Shown piece by piece: positions 10,280 to 18,051 of a stretch of DNA of 64,000 nucleotides. A program made the position numbers and the translations under genes. The stretch is from an uncultured Chloroflexia bacterium (lineage in GTDB: Bacteria; Chloroflexota; Anaerolineae; Anaerolineales; UBA4823). Location: NCBI GenBank assembly GCA_963840255.1, contig CAWIYB010000005.1:997843-1061842 (forward strand). Direction: 5' to 3'. The notes below the pieces were generated by a model. The model was given only the letters and a program-made list of their open reading frames with translations. It did no database searches and was not told the origin of the DNA. How positions within the stretch are numbered: position 1 is the stretch's first letter; every line of letters starts with the position of its first letter.

Positions 10280-11602
10280 ATGAAAACCATGAAAAAATGG
10301 AAATCGATCATATTAACCATTTGCTTGTTAATTACCGCTGCTTTGATATTCCCAACCACTGCCCTGGCTAGCGGAAAAAACCTCACAGATACGGTAAATC
10401 AAGGTGAAGTTCTGGATCAAAATGTGATCCTGAACGGTACGTCTGTAGTAATGGATGGCGTGATCAACGGTGATTTACTTGCCATCGGCAACGATATCAA
10501 TATCAACGGTGAAGTAAACGGCGACCTGGCTGTCATCGGTAAAAATGTGACCCTCAATGGTCCGGTGTCTGGCAATATTTATATCAGCGCCTTATTCCTG
10601 ATAGTGGGGCCGCAAGCGAGCGTTGGACAGGATGTTTATTTCGTCGGTAATAGTATTAATACCCATGCCGGCTCGACGATCAACCGCGATCTAAATGTGG
10701 TGGGTCTGGAAAGCGAGCTATCAGGCACGGTAAACCGGCGCGTGAATGCCCTGGTCGGTCCGTTAGTCCTGGTTGAAAAGCTTTATGACTTCCTGCTTAG
10801 CAAGGGTTGGCGGTCCGAATCTTTACAGATAAAACCGCGATCATTCCAGGTTGGACCCGGGCAGCAGCCTGCACCTGGGTTGGCATTCGGGGCAGCATCA
10901 ATACGGAACGTGATCCTGGTTTCATCCTCACCCGGAAACAAGCCGACATTAAACGCAGCAGCAAGTGCACAGGCGAAGGCAATTGATGTACAACGCCTGC
11001 AAGCATGGGCAGTCCCCTTTCTGCGCAACCTGGTCTCCCTGCTTATCCTCGGATTGCTGATTATCTGGCTGGCACCGGCGCAACTCAACATGGCAAGCGA
11101 GCAAACCCGGTTAAAACCTTGGCGAGCTCTATTAACCGGTTTGCTAGTTTTCGTCCTCGGTTGGATCGTGGCTCTGCTGATTTTTGTGCTGGTCCTGGCC
11201 CTCGCATTCTTCTTTTATTGGGTTTCGCTCCCAAATCTGGGCTTTTTCACCGGAGCCATTGGCTTGATGACGCTTGGATTCGCACTGTCCATTTTCTGGC
11301 TCTCGATTGCATACTTTAGCAAAATTGTTATTGCATTCCTGATTGGCACGCTTATTTTTAAGCGGTTTCTGCCTCAACGTTCTCAGGTCCGAATCTGGCC
11401 GTTCCTTACCGGAGTGTTCCTCTATGCACTACTTGCATCCATACCCTACCTGGGTTGGCTCATCGCAGTGATTACAACCTTGTTCGGATTAGGCGCTATC
11501 TGGATGTTATCAAATTCGCGCCGTCACCCGGAGATTCAACCTGATACACAAATGGAGAATATGGACGAAGGTCAGCAGTTGAGTGCCACTCCAATAGGAT
11601 AA
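10280..11602 (+). CDS. Membrane protein with an N-terminal signal peptide, bactofilin-like (polymer-forming, beta-helix) repeats and a polytopic C-terminal domain
   Basis: The signal-like N-terminus ends in ALASG. Repeats read GDLLAIGNDININGEVNGDLAVIGKNVTLNGPVSGN. The C-terminal half has at least 5 hydrophobic helices. Confidence 0.75.
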   Translation: MKTMKKWKSIILTICLLITAALIFPTTALASGKNLTDTVNQGEVLDQNVILNGTSVVMDGVINGDLLAIGNDININGEVNGDLAVIGKNVTLNGPVSGNIYISALFLIVGPQASVGQDVYFVGNSINTHAGSTINRDLNVVGLESELSGTVNRRVNALVGPLVLVEKLYDFLLSKGWRSESLQIKPRSFQVGPGQQPAPGLAFGAASIRNVILVSSSPGNKPTLNAAASAQAKAIDVQRLQAWAVPFLRNLVSLLILGLLIIWLAPAQLNMASEQTRLKPWRALLTGLLVFVLGWIVALLIFVLVLALAFFFYWVSLPNLGFFTGAIGLMTLGFALSIFWLSIAYFSKIVIAFLIGTLIFKRFLPQRSQVRIWPFLTGVFLYALLASIPYLGWLIAVITTLFGLGAIWMLSNSRRHPEIQPDTQMENMDEGQQLSATPIG

Positions 11603-11646
11603 TTAAATCACCTCTAAAGACAGGTCTGGCGAAAGGAAAATATACA

Positions 11647-13323
11647 ATGGAACCAAAACCTAAAAAGAGCAGAAGATACGCATTTCCTTACTTTTTCCTG
11701 GGACTATTGATCGCATTGATCCTGATCGCGATAGCATCTGTTCTTTTAGTCGTTTATCTTCAACAACCTGTTACGCTGGAAAACTTGATCCAGCTGCACC
11801 TGACGAGACTCATCATGATATGGATCGATATCATCTGCATCTATAGTGCCTTGATCTGGGGCTATGTTGGTTATCAGAAAGACCGGGCAGAGGATGCCCG
11901 TCGCGATGCAGATAAGCTGGTTCAGAATCAACAGCACGAGATGGTAGTGGCGCAGGAAAACCGTGAGGGCGTGGATAAAAAGTATCAGGCCGAAATTGTG
12001 CGCCTCAACGAGCTAATAACCAATCAGAAAGTGAAGTTCCAGGATCTGGAGGCCATCATCCAGCGCGGGAAGCAGCATTGGGAAGCCACTTTTGATGCTT
12101 TGGAAGATTTGATCGTTTTGACCGATGAAAAAGGAAATATCTTGCGCTGCAACCGGGCTACGGGCGAAGTTTTCCAGCTTGGCTTCAGCCAGATCATCGG
12201 ACGCGGAATCGATGAATTGTTCGTCAAAGATTCTGCCAGCCTGGTTGGGGCTACACCAGGAGGAATGAAGGAAATGAAGCTGCCGCTTACAGAGGATTGG
12301 TACGAAGTGTCTAAGAGCCATCTCCTGGTCGATGGCAGGCAGGAGGGATGGGTCTATATATTTCGAAATATTACTCTTCAAAAGCAGGTACTACGTGATC
12401 AACAGCACCTGACCCAATATTACGAAATTTTGGTAAAGAACAGCCCGGTAGCCATTGTAACCCTGAACCAGGAGGACCGGATCATCGACTGCAACCCTGC
12501 TTTTGAGAGCTTGTTCCTATACAACAGAAAAGAAGCCATTGGTTCAAAAGTCGATGAGTTAATAACACCGCCAGAGCTGGCTTATGAAGCTAATGGGATG
12601 GTGGATGCTGTCCGCAGAGGGATGAAAGTCCAGGGTTTTACCCAACGTAAACGCAAGGATGGCACTTCTTTAGATGTGGAGGTGTTTGGGATTCCAGTAA
12701 TCCTGGGCGGAAAACAAGTGGGAGCGCTGGGTTTATATCACGATATCTCGAATTTGGTTCGTTCCCAGGCAGCTGCGCCAAAACTGGTAGAACCATCTGT
12801 GGAAGTAGCTGAGCTCCAAGAATCATCCGCAGAACCCGAGCTCGAGGAGGAGCAGGTTCCGGCGCTTGAACCGGTTGCGGAAGAGGCTGCTCAACCTGAA
12901 AATCCTGTCCGCAGGCACTTAATTCCCATAGAGAAGATCGAAGGCATCGGCCCGGTCTATGCCCGAAAATTATTAGAGGTTGAGGTGAAGTATACTGATG
13001 ACCTGTTGAATCAAGGTAAAAGCCGGAAAGGGCGGGAGGACCTGGTCGAAAAAACCGGAATCTCTTCTTTATTGATCCTCAAGTGGGTGAACATGGCGGA
13101 TTTGATGCGCATACATGGGATCGGTGAAGAGTACAGCGAGCTGCTCGAGCATGCCGGTGTAGATACGGTCAAGGAACTCCGCAACCGCAACCCATTCAAC
13201 CTGTATGAGTCATTGGCACAGGCTAATGAGGCTCATAAACTGGTCAGAAGAATGCCAACTTTAGGTGAAGTTGAGGGCTGGGTAAAGGAAGCCAAGGAAT
13301 CTGAACCACTGATGACCTATTAG
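11647..13323 (+). CDS. Membrane-anchored coiled-coil / PAS x2 protein with a C-terminal DUF4332 (helix-hairpin-helix-like) domain
   Basis: Two N-terminal TM helices and two PAS-like blocks, followed by an acidic linker (PELEEEQVPALEPVAEE). The C-terminus reads IEGIGPVYARKL...IHGIGEEYSELLEHAGVDTVKELR. Confidence 0.8.
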   Translation: MEPKPKKSRRYAFPYFFLGLLIALILIAIASVLLVVYLQQPVTLENLIQLHLTRLIMIWIDIICIYSALIWGYVGYQKDRAEDARRDADKLVQNQQHEMVVAQENREGVDKKYQAEIVRLNELITNQKVKFQDLEAIIQRGKQHWEATFDALEDLIVLTDEKGNILRCNRATGEVFQLGFSQIIGRGIDELFVKDSASLVGATPGGMKEMKLPLTEDWYEVSKSHLLVDGRQEGWVYIFRNITLQKQVLRDQQHLTQYYEILVKNSPVAIVTLNQEDRIIDCNPAFESLFLYNRKEAIGSKVDELITPPELAYEANGMVDAVRRGMKVQGFTQRKRKDGTSLDVEVFGIPVILGGKQVGALGLYHDISNLVRSQAAAPKLVEPSVEVAELQESSAEPELEEEQVPALEPVAEEAAQPENPVRRHLIPIEKIEGIGPVYARKLLEVEVKYTDDLLNQGKSRKGREDLVEKTGISSLLILKWVNMADLMRIHGIGEEYSELLEHAGVDTVKELRNRNPFNLYESLAQANEAHKLVRRMPTLGEVEGWVKEAKESEPLMTY

Positions 13324-13657
13324 TATGGTCACCTAATAACAGGTCGGATTCGTCAGCTGCTTGGTCCTGTGATCAGTGATATTCACATGGATTTAATCAC
13401 TAACCCATCACGCCTGGTGATATGGGATTGTACAGGTATTGATTATAGGGGAAGGATTTCTAAAACGCTTATTTGTTTGCGCAATAGGAAATTTCTCTTG
13501 CTGATGACGTTCGCATACGTGTGTCTGACAGGCTGAACTGCCTAAGCGTGTATTCCCCAGGATGTCTTTCTGGAGCTTGTGCGATACGCTGTATGGATAG
13601 ACTGCCGCTGACTTCAAAATATACAGACCAGATCTTAGCAATGAGCGGAGATATAAA

Positions 13658-14155
13658 ATGAGCAGTTTTTTGGTTTTTGTTTTTAGCAATGAGGGGGGTG
13701 TCGACCGGATGGTTGATGAAATGCAGTCATTGCAAAAACAAAAGTATATTGCCATTGTGGATGCAGCCGCGGTCACCCGCAAGCTGGACGGTAAGATACG
13801 GGTCAGACAGGCGAATAGCCTGGTCGGTTCAGGCGATCTGGGTGGCCCATTCTGGGGGATGTTGATCGGTATCTTATTCTATATGCCCTGGATTGGCGTG
13901 AGTGTGAGTTCTATCACCCAGGCTTTGGTACAAAAATTGTCAAGCTACGGGATAAGTGACAGTTTTGTAAAAGAAACTGGTGCCACGATCATGCCCGGAT
14001 CATCAGCCTTATTCTTGATCATCACAAGCATGAACGAAGATAAGATTATCGAAGTGCTGTCCAGACACAAGGCAACCCTTTTGCGTAAAAACCTCAGCGT
14101 AGCTGATGAGGTCAAGCTACGTGAAGCCTTCGCAGCCAAGGACGGGGACAAATAA
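13658..14155 (+). CDS. DUF1269-family membrane protein (second paralog)
   Basis: Same architecture as 548-1027: FLVFVFSNEGG...IVDAAAVTRKLDGKIRV, a TM core, and the C-terminal tail FVKETGATIMPGSSALFLI. GGAG lies 7 nt upstream of the ATG. Confidence 0.85.
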   Translation: MSSFLVFVFSNEGGVDRMVDEMQSLQKQKYIAIVDAAAVTRKLDGKIRVRQANSLVGSGDLGGPFWGMLIGILFYMPWIGVSVSSITQALVQKLSSYGISDSFVKETGATIMPGSSALFLIITSMNEDKIIEVLSRHKATLLRKNLSVADEVKLREAFAAKDGDK

Positions 14156-14527
14156 TATTTTCCAAACCGACCCATGTATGACTGCCCATCCAACCCTGGC
14201 TCACGATGAAGAACAGCATGATTAGATTTTCTCGTAATGCGTGAATATTTAAAACAGGGCAATAATCCAGGAGCGATAGACGTTATAATGGACATTTCCT
14301 TCAACTTATGTTGAAAGAGGAGAAACACCAGCGATAATTTTGTTGATTGTGAGTTCCACAGGCAAATGACGACATACCGCCTTTTTGGAGTTATTGTATG
14401 GGTGCGAACTGTGAATTTCGATCGAGGATTGTTATTGTTTTGCATGGCTGATGTTGGTTTGGTCAATGTGGATCGTGGACTATTTCCACGAGTCATTTAT
14501 CTACAAATCTGATAAAGGAGGAATTCC

Positions 14528-14815
14528 ATGTGCTGTATTTTTACCTTGTTGGTTGTGTTAGGTCCCCGGGTTGCCGGAGTAATCTGGTGGCTCGTTAGAC
14601 CAGCCCTGTGGCAGTCAGCATTTAATACCATCATCTGGCCGATCCTTGGCTTGATTTTCCTGCCCTGGACGACATTGATGTATATGCTGGTGTTCCCTGG
14701 CGGTGTGGTGGGTTTTGAATGGGTTTGGCTCGGTCTGGGTGTCATCGCCGACATCGCCTCTTACGCTGGCGGTGGTTACGGAAACCGCAACCGCATCCCG
14801 GGGTATAGTTCATAG
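14528..14815 (+). CDS. Small hypothetical membrane protein (3 predicted TM helices, Trp-rich)
   Basis: Strong SD AAAGGAGG 5 nt upstream of the ATG, with a hydrophobic, Trp-rich sequence. No family recognised. Confidence 0.7.
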   Translation: MCCIFTLLVVLGPRVAGVIWWLVRPALWQSAFNTIIWPILGLIFLPWTTLMYMLVFPGGVVGFEWVWLGLGVIADIASYAGGGYGNRNRIPGYSS

Positions 14816-14858
14816 TAATTTCAATAGCTGAATAGAATTTAAAATTGGAGCAAATAGA

Positions 14859-15746
14859 ATGACTGCTGGAAAAACAACAAAACAAAGACGTGTATCAATC
14901 AGCAAGCGCAAGCTGGCTGAAACTGCAGATGCAATGGAAGGTGCCGCGATTGTTGCTGCGATTACCGGTGAACAAGAGGTCATCCATGGTGTGGATCAGA
15001 TGAAAGAGGCCAGGGAGATGGAAGCAGTCGGAACTGCATTCATTGCCAAGGGTGCCAGTGATCTCACCCGCGCGGTGGACGAAAAAGTGGTTTCACAACG
15101 AATGGCAGTTCTTAGCGATGTGGTCGCCACTGCAGGCGTAATAGATGTGGCTGAAGGCGCCGAAATGCTGGCCGCATCGGAAGATGTGGGTGTGATGAGT
15201 GCCCTGGTGGGGATGATGAGCCGTGCTGATCTCGAGCACGGGCTGGAACTCGCACGCTTGTCTGGCGAGCTGCTTACTGCAAGTGAAATGATGGATGCGC
15301 TTAAGATGCCCGTCATGGCAGTCTTCCTGTCTGAAAGGTCTTCTCGCTTGCATGAGATGTCGGTGGAACAAATCCGCATCGCCATCAGCACCGATGGGGT
15401 CTCTCAGATCCTGTCTACTGCCGGGCAACGGATAAATACCCTGGGTGAAAATGAGGTCGAGGAAGGGATGGTGCGCCTGGCCACATCTGAAGCGGTTTCA
15501 GCCGAAAGTGTTGCAAGGTCGAAGGCCAGTGAAGATCTCGCCGTCCAGGGGATCGAAGAAATGGTCGTCGGCGGAGCGATCGCTGATGCTGCCCAGGCAG
15601 AAGCTATTGAAGGTGCGTCCGAAATCTCATCCGGATCAGCAGTTATCGGTGCAGCGCTCGTCATGGATGACATGGCAGCAGCCCTTAAAGAGAAGAGTGA
15701 GCAGGGGCAGAAAGAATTACCGAAGACAGCTTCCAAAAAAAAGTGA
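14859..15746 (+). CDS. Hypothetical Ala/Glu/Met-rich acidic protein with basic termini
   Basis: A 295-codon ORF with an SD (TGGAG). It sits 43 nt after the previous gene and 18 nt before the next one. No family recognised. Confidence 0.65.
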   Translation: MTAGKTTKQRRVSISKRKLAETADAMEGAAIVAAITGEQEVIHGVDQMKEAREMEAVGTAFIAKGASDLTRAVDEKVVSQRMAVLSDVVATAGVIDVAEGAEMLAASEDVGVMSALVGMMSRADLEHGLELARLSGELLTASEMMDALKMPVMAVFLSERSSRLHEMSVEQIRIAISTDGVSQILSTAGQRINTLGENEVEEGMVRLATSEAVSAESVARSKASEDLAVQGIEEMVVGGAIADAAQAEAIEGASEISSGSAVIGAALVMDDMAAALKEKSEQGQKELPKTASKKK

Positions 15747-15764
15747 ATGAGGTAGAGAGATAAC

Positions 15765-16196
15765 GTGGCGAAAACAAATCAAGCTAACAAAAGTAAGCAA
15801 CAAGCAAAATCAAATTCGAAATCGAAAAGTTCGGCGAAAAAGGAAGTAAAAAAGCGAAGAGGTGGCTTGCTGTCCGCCCTAATCATTTTGATTGGTGTGC
15901 ATGCTATCTTTGCGACCTACCTGGGCTACACCTCTCTGAAAGATTATTACGTAGGTCAAAGATCCTGGATTCTAGGATTGTTTATACTTTTATCTCTGGT
16001 AGATATCGTTGCAGCTGTAGGAATCTGGCTCTGGAAACAGTGGGCAATTTACCTATATACCATCTCTACCGTAATCCTGACTGCTATGTCCATCGTCCTG
16101 ACCGGATCCATCTGGGTTAGCTTGTATCAAATGCTCCCCGTGGCGATCCTGGGGTATGTGATCAATTTGCAGAACAAACAGAAACTGTTCGCATAG
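15765..16196 (+). CDS. Hypothetical membrane protein with a Lys-rich N-terminal tail and 4 TM helices
   Basis: GTG start after GAGGTAGAGAG. The N-terminus reads KSKQQAKSNSKSKSSAKKEVKKRR and is followed by 4 hydrophobic helices. Confidence 0.65.
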   Translation: MAKTNQANKSKQQAKSNSKSKSSAKKEVKKRRGGLLSALIILIGVHAIFATYLGYTSLKDYYVGQRSWILGLFILLSLVDIVAAVGIWLWKQWAIYLYTISTVILTAMSIVLTGSIWVSLYQMLPVAILGYVINLQNKQKLFA

Positions 16197-16298
16197 CTTC
16201 ATCAGGATAGGGCAATAAGTAGAATAAATCGGTTACAATCTAGAATTCTGCTTGAAAACGTAGTAAATTTTCTTGATAAGGAAAGTTAGGAGATAATA

Positions 16299-17723
16299 AT
16301 GAGGATAAAAATGAATTACGCTAAACTAGGAGTGATGGTTCTTATAATCGCCGTCATCCTTGCTGGGTGTGGTCCGGCAGCTACCACGGTGGCACCGACC
16401 TCAATCCCGCCTACTGCGGTCCCAGCGACAGCCGTCCCAGCGACCGCCGTCCCAGCGACTGCTGTCCCTCCGACCACGGTCCCGCCAACAGCAGCACCCG
16501 ACCCGATGTATTATTCAGACGAACCGGTTGCAGTTGTGCCTGCCGGAGTAGCTGGTCAGCCCCTGGTGGAAGCAGCGATTAATACTGTCATTATGGGCGG
16601 TCCTGGCACCAATTACGTGGTTTATGGTGCTTTCCTGGGCGGCAAGACTGCCATCGCCACCGGTTTAAGCGCAGATAGCCAGTGGTATGCTATCAGCGTG
16701 CCGGTAGCTCCGGATGGCAATGGTTGGGTGTCTGCACTATATGTCATTGCTCGCGATACATCCGGCTTACCCGTCCTACCAACACCTCCAGTACCCCCAA
16801 CGGTTGAGCTCGTGCCACCCGCCGAAGGTGACCCGCAGGCTATCGCTCTAACCCAAGTGTACGTGCGCAATGGTCCTGGTGACACTTATCCGGCTTACGG
16901 TATCGCCCAGACCAACGCTAAGGCCCGCGTAATTGGTAAGAGCCAGGATGGAACATGGCTGACCGTGCGCATCAACCCGCAAGTCGTTGGACTCGGCTAC
17001 GGTTGGGTAGCGACAGCATATACTCAGCCGTCAAACATCGAGTCAGTCCCCGTTGTTAGCGCTCCCAATCAACCACCACCAGTTACAACCACACCACCGG
17101 CATCAGGTGCACCTTCTGCTACAGCAATAGACTATATAAACGTTCGTAGTGGTCCGGGAACTGAATATCTGCTTTTAGGAACCGCTGCTCCGGGTGCTAC
17201 CGCTGAGGTGACCGGGAAGAGCCAGGACGGATTGTGGTGGGAGATTAAAATACCCACCAGTTATTATGCCCCCGGACTAGCCTGGGTGTCAGCAGACTGG
17301 GTAACCACCGCCAATACAGACAGTGTTCCGGTGGTCGCTGCACCTCCACCTCCTTCGACTGAGGTGCCAACCACTCCACCGCCTAGCAACATGTGTATTC
17401 TGGTCTCACAGGAGCCTGCAGACGGCACGACGTTCGCTCTCAGTACTGGTTTTGGTGTGAAGTGGGAGCTGATGAACACCGGCACCCTGGCGTGGAATCA
17501 AGACTCCACTGACTTAGTCTTTTTAGGAGCAATCAATGGACAGCGCCTCCACCAGAACTATGACTTATATGACATCACCACCACCGTTGAACCAGGCGAG
17601 GACTATACCGTTAGTGGTAGTTTGATCACCCCTGCGACGCCAGGCCAATATGGTGAAGCCTGGTCACTCGTTTCAAATGGCACAACCGTGTGCACCTTCT
17701 GGATAACTATAAACGTCCAATAG
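16299..17723 (+). CDS. Secreted lipoprotein with a Pro/Thr/Ala/Val repeat linker, bacterial SH3 domains and a C-terminal Ig/NBR1-like domain
   Basis: Lipobox LAGC. PTAVP-type repeats. SH3b-like blocks read YVRNGPGDTYPAYG...GKSQDGTWLTVRI and INVRSGPGTEYLLLG...GKSQDGLWWEIKI. The SD is AGGAG. Confidence 0.85.
   Translation: MRIKMNYAKLGVMVLIIAVILAGCGPAATTVAPTSIPPTAVPATAVPATAVPATAVPPTTVPPTAAPDPMYYSDEPVAVVPAGVAGQPLVEAAINTVIMGGPGTNYVVYGAFLGGKTAIATGLSADSQWYAISVPVAPDGNGWVSALYVIARDTSGLPVLPTPPVPPTVELVPPAEGDPQAIALTQVYVRNGPGDTYPAYGIAQTNAKARVIGKSQDGTWLTVRINPQVVGLGYGWVATAYTQPSNIESVPVVSAPNQPPPVTTTPPASGAPSATAIDYINVRSGPGTEYLLLGTAAPGATAEVTGKSQDGLWWEIKIPTSYYAPGLAWVSADWVTTANTDSVPVVAAPPPPSTEVPTTPPPSNMCILVSQEPADGTTFALSTGFGVKWELMNTGTLAWNQDSTDLVFLGAINGQRLHQNYDLYDITTTVEPGEDYTVSGSLITPATPGQYGEAWSLVSNGTTVCTFWITINVQ
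16410..16499 (+). repeat. In-frame 15-bp tandem repeat (about 6 units) encoding (P/A)T(A/T)VP
   Basis: The units are cctactgcggtccca, gcgacagccgtccca, gcgaccgccgtccca, gcgactgctgtccct, ccgaccacggtcccg and ccaacagcagcaccc. Confidence 0.9.
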
Positions 17724-17753
17724 CTTTAGTATCAACTCAGGGGATATAACAGA

Positions 17754-17790
17754 GATCGGCCGGTTTACAATCAATCCGGCCGGTCTTTTG
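17754..17790 (+). terminator. Rho-independent terminator
   Basis: GC-rich stem GATCGGCCGG (17754-17763) / CCGGCCGGTC (17776-17785) with a 12-nt loop, then TTTT. It lies 31 nt after the stop at 17723. Confidence 0.75.
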
Positions 17791-18051
17791 GATTAAATAG
17801 TGGATATTTACCGGGTTAAGAGATTCCATCCGGGAGTGTCAGATAACTGGTCGAATTCTGCCGATATCCTGAATTTCAGTCAACGGATGTGGAAGTTTAT
17901 CCCAGCGTCGATACATTTTGTTGATGGGAAAATCAACAAGAAAAGGATTACAGTTTGGTCGCTTGATTGTATGGTATGGTTGATTATGGAAAGCTTATTG
18001 CAATCCATCTTCGGTTTAATTCAAGTTTTTAAAGATAAGGATTAATATAAA

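Noticed and set aside
13408-14496. Minus-strand ORFs 13408-13782 (124 aa) and 13945-14496 (183 aa)
   Set aside because: They overlap the DUF1269 gene and its flanks on the opposite strand. Their composition is Ser/Thr/Arg/Lys-biased and not protein-like, and they have no SD.
16395-16500. CRISPR-like or other non-coding array
   Set aside because: The 15-bp periodicity is in frame inside a well-supported lipoprotein gene and encodes a PTAVP linker. There are no spacers and no cas genes.
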